Source: Candidatus Sulfomarinibacteraceae bacterium (GTDB lineage: Bacteria; Acidobacteriota; Thermoanaerobaculia; Thermoanaerobaculales; Sulfomarinibacteraceae). Taken from it: a DNA stretch of 64,000 nucleotides. Both the position numbers and the translations under genes were made by a program. The stretch spans positions 416,001 to 480,000 of the forward strand of contig CAWCLO010000001.1 of assembly GCA_963796455.1 (NCBI GenBank), read 5' to 3'. Shown here in pieces: positions 11,001 to 19,400 of this stretch. The notes under the pieces are model-generated. The model searched no databases, had not been told where the DNA came from, and saw only the letters and a program-made list of their open reading frames with translations. The first letter of the stretch is position 1. Each line of letters starts with the position of its first letter.

Positions 11001-13578
11001 TGACCGCTCCATTGCTGGCGACGCTCGGTTGGACAGTGGCCGCGGTGGCGAATGAAATCCCGGTTCCCGGTGTCGTCAGATCGACCGGCGCTCCGGATAT
11101 GTGTACTTGACGGCAAGGGTCCAGGCGCTCATTGGTCGATGCCGTCGCCGGATCGTCGATGCTCGGGCACACCTGTTCCGGCCATTGGATCAATACCTTC
11201 TGTTCGAGATTGTGCGGAGGTGGGTTCGCGGGATCGACACCACCCGGTGGATCCCTGCGCCACACGATCCGTGCCTCGACGGGCTGCAGAGCGTAGATCC
11301 GCGACGTCCCGTCCGGGTTTCCGCTCGGTGGGCTCCACAGGAAATAGTCGGTTTCGACGCCCGGAGCGTCGAACTCGATGATCGGCCGCGACAAGACCTC
11401 TTCGGTCAACAGGGCCTGTTCCGGCGGTTCGATGATCGCACCGGCGAAGAAGGTCTGCAGACCGAGGAAGAACCAATCGCCGTTGAGTCCATCGAGGTTG
11501 TGAACAAAGACATTTCGATTGGCGAACGAGGTCAGCTCCTGGCGGTCGGTCTCATTGAGGAAGAATGTCGCGGTCTCCCGGAAATCGCCTCCGACATAGA
11601 CCTGCGGCACCACCCCATCGTCAAAGACGGCGATCACCTGACCGTGATCAGGTGCGGCGGTGCTTGCATCGGGATCGCCCGCGGTGGCGAGCCATTCCGG
11701 CGCATAACCCGCGCCGAATTTGGCGACGAAAATGTCATCATCCTGAGGAATCGGCGCGGTCTCACCGTCGACACCGTTGACCCGTGGAAAGGCCGGTTGG
11801 AACGTGGAGGCCACGTTGTCATAAGAACCCGTCACATAAATGCCCTCATCCGTGACCGAAATGCCGCTCCCGCGCTCGCCACCGATGCCCAAAAAGGCTG
11901 GTGACCAACTCCCATTCGACATCGCGACTGCAGCCACGAAGGCACCTGTGCTGCCGATAGCTGGCAGTGACGCGCTTGCGAGGGCGGTTCCGACCACCTG
12001 GAGATCGTTGGCGCTGATTCCCCGACCGGCGACGATGTCTTCCACCACCAATGCCGGATCGACGCTGCGCACCCACGACCATTCCGGTGCGCCTTCATCG
12101 GCATTGATGATTCGAGCCAGAAAATAATTCGGGTCGCCGGGAATCGTGATGGCGCCGGTCATCTCGAGCCGTTCGGTGGAGGTGACGACGCCATCCCCAC
12201 ACCGCATTACCACTGAATCCATACCGCGGCAATCGGAGCCGCTGCAGGTGATGCGGGACCACTGTCCATCACCACCGGCGGTCTGGAACTGCGGACCGAT
12301 ACCGGCCTCGAAATCCTCTTCGAAGAGCGTGTCGCCGGCAAATGACAACCGGATATTGTCAACAAACCACCCGTTTTCACCCGAGCTGATGCCTCCCTCG
12401 CTGGCATCGGAATAGATCCAACGGAATCGCACTGAACTGCTTGTAAAGTCCGAGAGATCGACCCGGGTGGTGAAGCGGTTGCGAATCCCCCACCCTCCCC
12501 AGACGTTTCGAGAACCGTCGTCGTAACCGCCTGATAGGAATCGTCCTGTCCCAACGTCGGTCCAGCCGCCGCCGTTCTGCGAAAACTGCAGGGTCGCTGC
12601 ATCGAGGCAGCAGAGATAGTCGTAGGCGTGCTCGAACTCGAGGACGGCGGCACCGGTGCTCCCCGGCACATCGGCGAGGACCAGGGGCGTCCCGCCGACC
12701 GAAATATTGGCGGTAAACTTACCCGCGACAAAGAGATCGCCATTGTCATCGACCGAGAGATCGGTGATCCACTCGGAGCTTCCGTTGGCCCCGCCTCCCG
12801 AATAGGCCCAGTTCCAGATTCCAAGGGTATCGATGCTCGCGATCACCAGATTCGGGTTTTGGCCGCAGGCCATCCCAAAGGTGTTCTGATCATTGCCCTC
12901 CTCATCGTAGAAACGCGGGCAGGCAGTCTTTGCCGCCACCACCACCGAATCAACGGGAGTCGGTCCGGAACCCGGCAAAAACACCAGAGCGAGGCCCTTG
13001 TCGGCAAAGTCGTCGTCTTCCATCTCCGCCAACCAAACCCAGGTCCCGTCCTGCGGATTCAGCTTGCCGACGAAGGTATCGCCGAGAGTGTCGGTGTCAC
13101 CGTCATCGCCGCTCGGATCGGGCAGTTCCTTTGGTAGACCGATGTTCAACCCGCCCTCGAATATGGCGGTGCGGGAGAAAAATCCGGTGACATAAGGCGT
13201 GCCTGCAGGGTCCAGGGCGATGGCCAATCCTCGATCGATCGACGAACCGCCGCCGCGGCTCGCCCATTCGACCTTGCCCGACGAATCGAACTTCGCAACG
13301 AAGATGTCCGTCTGACCCGCCGACTCGAGGACCGTGCTGCCGAAGACCGCACTGCCCTCGAATTCGCCGACAACATACACGTTGCCGTTGATGTCGGTTG
13401 CCATGCCGTGGATCTGATCCTCTCCGAGACCGCCCACATTCAACGGCCAGGTGGCGAAGACCGGGTCTGCGGCAAAAAACAATACCGCCGATGCAGTAAG
13501 CACTGCAACGACTGCCCGAGTGCGCCAATCAACCAAAGATCGGTGTGCCGCCGCGGAAGACTCGTGATGGTATCTCAC
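5029..13578 (-). CDS. 2,849-aa secreted protein: SBBP-like propeller with inserted jelly-roll, large unknown core, long helical/coiled-coil region and Tc-toxin-A-like C-terminus
   Basis: Uninterrupted ORF with GAGGAG SD before GTG and a signal peptide. N-terminal repeats (GNVYVVGEF, DIFVAKF). Heptad-rich helices at ~5,950-7,330. C-terminus LIGRSVWNTRWLLVIP...VEDISFFFQTYAYSGN. The CDS is certain; the function is inferred. Confidence 0.8.
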   Translation of the reverse strand: MRYHHESSAAAHRSLVDWRTRAVVAVLTASAVLFFAADPVFATWPLNVGGLGEDQIHGMATDINGNVYVVGEFEGSAVFGSTVLESAGQTDIFVAKFDSSGKVEWASRGGGSSIDRGLAIALDPAGTPYVTGFFSRTAIFEGGLNIGLPKELPDPSGDDGDTDTLGDTFVGKLNPQDGTWVWLAEMEDDDFADKGLALVFLPGSGPTPVDSVVVAAKTACPRFYDEEGNDQNTFGMACGQNPNLVIASIDTLGIWNWAYSGGGANGSSEWITDLSVDDNGDLFVAGKFTANISVGGTPLVLADVPGSTGAAVLEFEHAYDYLCCLDAATLQFSQNGGGWTDVGTGRFLSGGYDDGSRNVWGGWGIRNRFTTRVDLSDFTSSSVRFRWIYSDASEGGISSGENGWFVDNIRLSFAGDTLFEEDFEAGIGPQFQTAGGDGQWSRITCSGSDCRGMDSVVMRCGDGVVTSTERLEMTGAITIPGDPNYFLARIINADEGAPEWSWVRSVDPALVVEDIVAGRGISANDLQVVGTALASASLPAIGSTGAFVAAVAMSNGSWSPAFLGIGGERGSGISVTDEGIYVTGSYDNVASTFQPAFPRVNGVDGETAPIPQDDDIFVAKFGAGYAPEWLATAGDPDASTAAPDHGQVIAVFDDGVVPQVYVGGDFRETATFFLNETDRQELTSFANRNVFVHNLDGLNGDWFFLGLQTFFAGAIIEPPEQALLTEEVLSRPIIEFDAPGVETDYFLWSPPSGNPDGTSRIYALQPVEARIVWRRDPPGGVDPANPPPHNLEQKVLIQWPEQVCPSIDDPATASTNERLDPCRQVHISGAPVDLTTPGTGISFATAATVQPSVASNGAVNPSRVFNASTAGFSVLVFADHPSDANIIAHPPVIELVQTYEASSAPGFVGGAACTVGREINGVDFNHDDLFGRNGFVPEPVAFYDPDIYDPSSRSGQIVPVNTVNPLTSIGNDDMVVVWYRRNYKPVPLDPNATGEPYENENRLVGGIPWGERPVLYDCQWPADPSVIIIASETGSEVLGQETLDPAEFPLMQVYNQPDALSPGFNPNDEHAFFAPSNLGTGFDALFAVRSDFFLEGSSTDPSEPYSLLKYFDQDDQIWRFKVYQVLASGAGYSGFQYGGVAATKVSAPYPVSLLGNCPETRGQGTAFFQDYSGAVWAKAEGSMTVKYWYPLQPVFYWTRDTNGPEGVPDGAPETTGQCVPWLDQLPETPPLQPIEVEYDIVWPDDVPQLVVGETLLRQKRGLPNIHDQAAVQVIFDEIDPDVSDPEVALAQLINPLSSRTVALIDVSETPDDNGNLPKTPLTSKVVTQLDPESGKAFLVSNEDGTIRLPSTVRSRIIYDPIGLTLAWRGTFDESGVGEPLLLLNVMSPRERDLLVSLAPGDEDYVQAINRLYILSRNPQMLDLDGDCEVDDAYLISLQDRCEGNDCIDDLGFEVAPPKACVEPLFSGTIVDDAELKSDDLIRRSLTFNGVSEIVYTQRGDGISESLEVVGFKPALTAGLSSGTGFMTVAFNNEASLAPLPVSLNVIRVDCLDLPDGTFSTYQGEIKAIESDNVFDELLTLRHSGDFGGDPTTITFEWFSHPDVDGTPPQPLPDPENGQLNGWLQFPVNPEGANEITIQGANIQTLSDNWFVVRYKGLNACTNDVRPSVFAGQPGSSPTDVRAQLAPGWVKRVVSGLNPFESRVRDFHSAPTNTYASMLVQLGERYEGDIAFNPTADNLNRIGLIEAYETVLRRAINLSIGGTPPVNYAPANNALLLVASRISDFYSLLGNEAWADAQDPMIGFGTKSGAFGTLAPTIFAFQNQLDSLLEEELVLLRGRDDSQGPTKARPVYNRLFWNFTTGEGEVAYSQVYNVSDQNSDGFINEFDGRILFPQGHGDAWGHYLTGLTTYYKLLRHPFFTWIARPEAVLVAGAPVQVDFLDERKFATIAAAKARAGAEIVDLTYRTEYVNDPGGQWQGYKDTDTDRAWGLSGWARRAGQGAYFDWVVANSVLPSEDTNPEHKGIQKIDRITVVELDEIVGHYGDIQAQIDKADRGLNPLGLAEGVVPFDIDPGALQDLTHFEQIYERAEVALDNAVAVFDHANELNQLLRQNQDSTDDLTRNVSGQERDYNNRMIEIFGYPYSDDIGPGGTYEEGFNGPDVYHWMYVDQSDLTGTPEEPVQVITASFSPTLTIGNFDFSTDPKLGCLLDPTGISCSLSDPPDVNLDVDYHLATSANNIGMIKPPQWTGQRRATGELQDRLSEFFIALNSYKQILKEYDNLIADLEGAVGDLQTNHNVRKSQIQVQHTADELTQGADLALAAMSATQIVLQRTASFIDASFENTAECLPESLVAGLAAGGDMTSVPRCTIQVGGDATAFALDTIADGIEIAKLPIEQLKGRIGIMAGLTLQVLEGDQATADAVSELESMWRQEPLLRLEAYTRREVIEQAQREVMQTLAEGQRLLSERVQFRKNTAADVQEYRFQDMAFRVFRNDALQKYRAQFDLAARYAFLAATAYDYETNLLGGNPQSGQDFLTGIVRERSLGQLVDGQPIAGSPGLADPLARLRQNFDVLKGQLGFNNPQTETNRFSLRRELFRIDGETPESDSKWRQILTDYRVDNLFDNELFRRYSRPFTPPELGAQPGIIIPFSTTVTFGMNFFGWPLGPGDSAYDPSNFATKVRAVGVWFQGYDQLPLSSTPRVYLIPVGADVLRSPDATDFGTREWSVVDQKLPVPFPIGAENLDDPDWIPVNDGLSEDFYEIRRFSSFKAHSFDEGDPINASQMTSDSRLIGRSVWNTRWLLVIPGGTMLFDPEEGMETFINGAPLPGGDRDGDGVEDISFFFQTYAYSGN

Positions 13579-13591
13579 GTTCCACGCTCCT

Positions 13592-15385
13592 CTACTTGTC
13601 TAAGACCGGCGTGTACGACACCCGGCGAAGGCGAAAGATGCCTTCGACGCCGACGTCGTTCTTGTGCAGGCCGCTGATGGTTTCGCGGAAAATTCCGCCG
13701 ATCTGGGTGTCACCCCAGCCTGGTTTGAGGTTCTTGCCCTCGGGATCGTCCATCGTGAAATCGAATTCCATCTCTCGAATAACCGCAAATGCCTCTTCTT
13801 TGAAGTGGAGGTAAAGTGCATCGAGGTTGTCGTGATCAGGGTGGTACTTGGCGCGAAACGGGTTGGTCGGAAACTCGGAGTCGATCGTCAGGGTTCCGGT
13901 GAGCGATCCGCCGGGCTCGAAGGAGCCCGCGAGCTCGATGGACCGGCCGGGGAAATCGTAGGCTGCTGTGCTGACCCGCAGACCAACAGGCCCGCCGCCG
14001 CGATAATCAGCGCCGGCAAAACCGGGGATCAGAGTATCGTCAGTAAGAAGGACAAAACGCCCCGGTTCGTCGACGGTGAGAAATTCCGGGTTCTCGGGAT
14101 CCGGAATCTCGGTTCCTTCCTCCCACATCTGAATGACTTCCTTGAGCAGCTTGGCGGTTCCACTCTGATTGACGTGGATGATCAGCCTGAACTCGAAATC
14201 GGTCCCCGTCGGCAGCGGAATCAAGCTCCCGACCTGGGACTCGCTGACCGACTTGACGGCGACCGTTCCAACCCATAGACCCGCCAACCGATCGGTCCCG
14301 GCCTTGGCGAACGAGGCCGGACCACCGCTCCTCTTGGCTACCGGGGATGCGGTGAAGGCATCACTGGCCGAAACGTAGATCCGCCGCCGGGTACCGAGCG
14401 AATCGACCACTTCCAGGATCGACTCGCGTCGACCGTCGAGTTCAGCTCGTTGAACCCCGAGATCGGCGAATATCTCGCCGCCCCCTTCGACCTCGAGGGT
14501 CAGGGCGCCCGGCAGATCGGGCCAGCTGACCTCGGCACTCACGGCGTCGACGTTTTTGTACAAAAGCGGCACCTTCGGTGCGGTCGAGATCACCCGCAAG
14601 CTGATGACAGCGGGAGACCCACTGTGATTCCGCATCGTGAGCCGCGACTGGGTCAAACCCCCGCCGAAATCCATGCCCTTGCCGAAATCGTTGGCTAGCT
14701 CGATCGGCCCGACATATTCGGATGGGCCGTCACTGAAAACCCAGTAGGACTCGCCGGACCGGATCGCGGTCGAAAAGACCGCCGTCACCGGTTCCCATAC
14801 CCCGCCGACACTGAGTCGATAGACGGGTTGACCATTGTGGGCCGTCGATGGTTCGAAATAGTCGCCAAAGGTCGCCGGCGCGCCCGGGTTGACGTGAAAA
14901 CCACGAAGATTGAAGCTGTCCGCTATCCAGCCCTTGTCGTTGAGCGAGGGTATACCGCGAACCGCCCAGGCCACCGGTGACGGCCCTTCGAGTTTGATGA
15001 GGTATGCGACGTTTGCCTCGATACCAAAGAGATTCGTCAGGATGGCCTCCGGACGATGGGGCGGAAAGTAGCCGAGCCAACCCGGCTGGGAGGTGAGACC
15101 ATCGGCGGGGTCGCGAAGAAAATCGACCCGCAGACCCTCGGGATTCCAACGCCATACGCTGGAAATGGGAAGGCCCTGAAACACCGAATCCGGATCATTG
15201 GGTTGCGGTTCGACCTCGAGGAAAACGGCATTCCATCCCGGCTGGAGGACGATCACCTGTTCCAGTTCGACGGCACCCGGCATCGCAGCCGCGAGCAGCA
15301 ACCCGGCACCGACAAAAAGAAGGCGCCACGCCGCCGGAGACGCCAACCGACCGGCACCACCACGCATCGTGATCTCGTGCTTCAT
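13592..15385 (-). CDS. Secreted hypothetical protein (597 aa), beta-rich
   Basis: Signal peptide (LLFVGAGLLLAAAMPGA). Motifs LQPGWNAVFLEV, GLWVGTV and PTNPFRAKYHPDHDNLD. Translationally coupled to the PPIase gene (ATGA overlap). Confidence 0.85.
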   Translation of the reverse strand: MKHEITMRGGAGRLASPAAWRLLFVGAGLLLAAAMPGAVELEQVIVLQPGWNAVFLEVEPQPNDPDSVFQGLPISSVWRWNPEGLRVDFLRDPADGLTSQPGWLGYFPPHRPEAILTNLFGIEANVAYLIKLEGPSPVAWAVRGIPSLNDKGWIADSFNLRGFHVNPGAPATFGDYFEPSTAHNGQPVYRLSVGGVWEPVTAVFSTAIRSGESYWVFSDGPSEYVGPIELANDFGKGMDFGGGLTQSRLTMRNHSGSPAVISLRVISTAPKVPLLYKNVDAVSAEVSWPDLPGALTLEVEGGGEIFADLGVQRAELDGRRESILEVVDSLGTRRRIYVSASDAFTASPVAKRSGGPASFAKAGTDRLAGLWVGTVAVKSVSESQVGSLIPLPTGTDFEFRLIIHVNQSGTAKLLKEVIQMWEEGTEIPDPENPEFLTVDEPGRFVLLTDDTLIPGFAGADYRGGGPVGLRVSTAAYDFPGRSIELAGSFEPGGSLTGTLTIDSEFPTNPFRAKYHPDHDNLDALYLHFKEEAFAVIREMEFDFTMDDPEGKNLKPGWGDTQIGGIFRETISGLHKNDVGVEGIFRLRRVSYTPVLDK

Positions 15386-16434
15386 CGTTGCTCCATCTCG
15401 TTCTGCCCCTGATCGCCGGTCGCGATGCCCCCCGGCAGTGCCGGTGGACGCGGTGCTTCGTCGGGATCGGGGCCCGTTCTCAAACCCGGAATGTTCCGCA
15501 GCAGCTCGGCATCGACCGCGATTTCGGTCCCCTGCACCAACTGCTCGTAAAATCCATCGCGCGCCTGATCCTGTTTTTCTCGGATCAGCCGGCGTCTGAT
15601 GCCGTCCGCGTACATATCGAACGGCAGCTCCTTTTCGTCTTCTCGCGCGGATAGGCGGAGCACGTAAAAACCGTCACTCGTCCGCACGATGGGCGCAATA
15701 CCACCGACGCGCTCGATGGCGAAGAGTGCATCCACCACGTCCCTGCCCCATTTGTAGTCGCGACTCTGGATCATCCATGGCAAGACCCCACCCGTGTACC
15801 GGGTGGCGGGATCATCCGAGTATTCGAGCGCCAGGCGACCGAGGTGTGTGGCTTCCTCGAATTCGCTTGCAAGGACCCGAAGCTCCTCCGCTTGTCGCGC
15901 GATTTCGGCGATCCGAGCCTCGTCGTCTCCCGGCTTGACCTCGAGGAAGATCATCGCCCCCTGGACACGAGCCGGTCGGCTGTAGGTGCTTCGGTCTTGT
16001 TGGAAACTCTGTCTGACCTCGGCTTCCGTCACCGTGATCCCCGCCATGCTCTGATGGAGCCGGTCTTCAGTGAAGCGGCTGATGAGGATGCGCTCGGTTG
16101 CCGCCACATAGGCAGGGTCCCGGTCGTAACCGGCTTCCAGTGCTTTGGCGATCACGATCTCGCGGCGGACCATTTCCTCGAGCAGCGCCTGCCGTTCGTC
16201 GAGGCTGTCAAAACGACCGGGATCACCGGCCGATCTCCGGTCCATCTCGGCCTCGAAGTCCGCCACCGATATGGCGCGGCCATTGACCGTCGCCAGCGCC
16301 GGGCCGGTGGCAACGGAGCCTCGATCCTGGGCGGCGCCGAGACTCACGAGGTGCACCAGCGCCGCGATCGCGAACAATGCCGACCTTGCGGTCGTCGACA
16401 GCCGCACCGATCCAGGCAACGCTTTGACGATCAC
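15382..16434 (-). CDS. Peptidyl-prolyl cis-trans isomerase, PpiC/parvulin family with SurA/PrsA-like N-terminal domain
   Basis: LATVNGRAISVADF, LLEEMVRRE, LALEYSDDPATRYTGGVL and IVRTSDGFYVLRL are typical of PrsA/SurA foldases. Signal peptide present; GTGA overlap with the upstream stop. Confidence 0.9.
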   Translation of the reverse strand: MIVKALPGSVRLSTTARSALFAIAALVHLVSLGAAQDRGSVATGPALATVNGRAISVADFEAEMDRRSAGDPGRFDSLDERQALLEEMVRREIVIAKALEAGYDRDPAYVAATERILISRFTEDRLHQSMAGITVTEAEVRQSFQQDRSTYSRPARVQGAMIFLEVKPGDDEARIAEIARQAEELRVLASEFEEATHLGRLALEYSDDPATRYTGGVLPWMIQSRDYKWGRDVVDALFAIERVGGIAPIVRTSDGFYVLRLSAREDEKELPFDMYADGIRRRLIREKQDQARDGFYEQLVQGTEIAVDAELLRNIPGLRTGPDPDEAPRPPALPGGIATGDQGQNEMEQR

Positions 16435-19400
16435 CAGGAAGCCTCCGACAGGTCTTTGCCACCGGGCGGAGGCCCTCCCGGAATCACCGATCCTCTCGAC
16501 CAGCGATAACTGCTGAACACTTCGAAACCGGTGGTCGGCGGGTCGACCCCGTCGATGCCGCCGAGAAGCACCCTCTGCGCAACGGTGCTCGAGTTCGTGA
16601 TGCCGGTCAGTTCCCCAGCCAGCGCTCCGTCAATCCAGATCTGGAATCCGCCATCACCCGCACCCGACCACCACAACAGTTCGATCCATGCCGTCGTCGA
16701 TGCGGCCGTGGTCCAGGCGGTCTGAAAATTGTCGGTCGCGTCATCGAAGATCCTCGATCGGAACTCGAAACCAAGTGCATTCCGACCCAGGTCGATTTCA
16801 AAAAGCCGATTGGCGTCGAGACCGTCATCGCCGCGGGCGACAATATGAATCGAGCCTTCGAACATGCTCATGGCGGTCAGATCGAGTTGGAATCGGGCGC
16901 GCAGCCGCGTCAGTCCGTCGGCGATATCCGTCGCGACCCACGGCTCGGCCAGGGCGTCGTCAAGGTCCACCGAGTACACCGCAGAGCTCTCGCCACTCCA
17001 ACCCGAGGTGTCGCCGGTCTCGAAACCATCCGACCACAGAGTCGCCTCCTGGATCGGGTCGCTGTCGGTGGATTCGTTGTTGGTCGTATTCGGCTCGGTC
17101 GCCGTGGCGGCGGCCGTCACCGTTGCGGTGTTGATCAAATCGCCGATGGCGGTCGGATCAACCGTGCCCACGACCGTGTAGACGACGCTCGTGTAAGCCG
17201 GGATATCGATCAGATCATCGATCTCGGTCAACAGCCCCCCGGCCCCGCAGGCAGCGCTGGGCTCGCAGCTCCACCCGGTGTCGAGGAGCTCGACCGGGAA
17301 GACATCGGTCACCGCCACGCCCGGCGCATCGCTCGGGCCATTGTTGGTTACGGTGATGATGTAAGTGACAGTCTCACCGGTCAAGACCACTTCCACGTTG
17401 TTGGTTTTGTCGATCAGGAGATCGGTCACCGAAATGACTTCGTCCACATCGGTGGCCTGGTTGTTGGCAAGCTCCGGATCGGTGTCGGCAATCGACGGCG
17501 CCACACTCACCGTGTTGCTGATCTGGTCGCCGGCAGCCATATCGACGGTTCCGGTGACCGAATAAACGACGCTGGCACCCGGATTCAACGCGGCGACATC
17601 GTCGATAAACGTCGTGATACCGCCGCCGCTTGCAGTGCAGCCGGCCCCAGGACCGCCGACGCAGTTCCACTCGGCGTCGAGCAGTTCGGTTGGGAAGACG
17701 TCGGCCACCACCACATCCGAGGCGTAGCTCGGTCCGAAGTTGGTCACCGTGACGACATAGGTCAGCGGTGCGCCCCGGACAGCCTGGTCGCCGCCGCTGC
17801 TCTTGGTGACCGAGAGATCGGTGATCGTCACCGTTCCGTCGATATCGGTGCTGGTGTTGTCGGTCAGATCCGGGTCGCTCGCCGGAGGTGGTTCGCTGAC
17901 GACCACGGCGGTATTGACGATGTCGCCGCCGGCGTTGGGGTGAACGATAGCGGTCACCGTATAGACCAACGATCCGCCAGTCAGGAGCACGACCGAATCC
18001 GCAAGGTCTCCGGTCCCTGCCGCCGAACACATCGAACCGGCCGAGACGGCACAGGTCCACTCGACCGAACCATCGACGAACCCGTCGGTCCCGAGCGCAA
18101 AGACGTCGGCCACCGTGGCGCCGAGGGCATCGCTCGGTCCATTGTTGGCAACGGTGATCGTGTAGGTCGTTTCGAGGCCCTTGACGGAGGTCAGCTGGTT
18201 GTTGGTTTTGAGGATCGACAGATTCGACACCGGGGTCAAGCTGACGGGCTCCTCGTCATCACTGTCGGAGTTGTTGTCAGGATCACCGTCGGGCGGCTCC
18301 GGCACCTCGGCTGTCCCGGTGACCGATGCGACATTGATCCAGTCGCCGCGGGCACTGGGGTGCAATCTCCCGGACAGGGTGTAGGTGACCGACGATCCCG
18401 CGGTGAGATCGACGGTATCGAGAATCGCACCCAGACCCTCGGCGGTACAGCTCGAGATCCCGGTTCGGGCAAACGCCGCGACCGCATCGTCGACCGCGCT
18501 GGCGGTGTAGATGTGATCGCCGTCTACCGAATAGAGCACAAAGACCGGGGCATCGAGACCCTCGACAATCGCCGGGGCGCCCTCGAACGCGGTCTGTTGT
18601 CCGTCGGCAATCGACTGCAGCGGTTCGAGCAGACCGAAGGTCGCGGCACCATTGACGGAATCGCGCCGGAACAGGGTCAGCGAGTCGTCATTGCGGGCAG
18701 CCACCACAACCGTTGCACCGTCGGGGCTCACCGCAACCGAGGCGGCGCCGTTGAGCATGGCCGCTCCAGCGAAGCCGTTGACATAGATCTGCCTCATCGT
18801 GAGCTTGCCGAAATCATCGCTCTCGCTGTCGGCATCGCGCTCGAAAACCGTCAGCGAGTCGTCGGCGAGGCTCGCGACATACAGGTGTTCGCCGCCCGGC
18901 CCGAAGGCGAGACCGCTCGGGTAGTCGAGCCCATTGCTGATGCTGGCACCCGGCACCGGCACGGCGGCACCATCGTCTTTGACCACCTGCACGAGCTGCA
19001 ACAGACCGTCATCCGGGCGAGTAAAGACCGTCAACGAGTCATCGATCGAACTGGCGACAATCACGTGTGCGCCGTCCGGGCTCACCGCCACCACCGAGGC
19101 CCCGTCGAGCACACCGAGAGGCAGCTCGCCAAAACCGTCCTTGAAACGTGCCACGAATCCGAGTCGACCGAAATCGGGCGAGAGCGGATCGTCATCGCGT
19201 GCAAAAACGGCGACCGCGTCGGCCTCGTCGCTGGCGGCAAAGAGGTGGCGTCCATCAGGGGCGATCGAAAGGGACGCAACACCGTCGAGACCAAAGATTC
19301 CGCCGACGTCGTCGGTCAGGACCTGTTCGAACACAAGGGATCCGAAATCGGGATCGCCTTCATCGACGATCCGGACGAAAACCACCACCGAATCTTCCTC

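Noticed and set aside
5029..16434. Canonical Tc (ABC) toxin, T6SS or eCIS locus
   Set aside because: No RHS/YD, SpvB, VgrG, sheath or tube genes are recognisable, and the proteins have signal peptides. Only a remote TcA-like resemblance is proposed.
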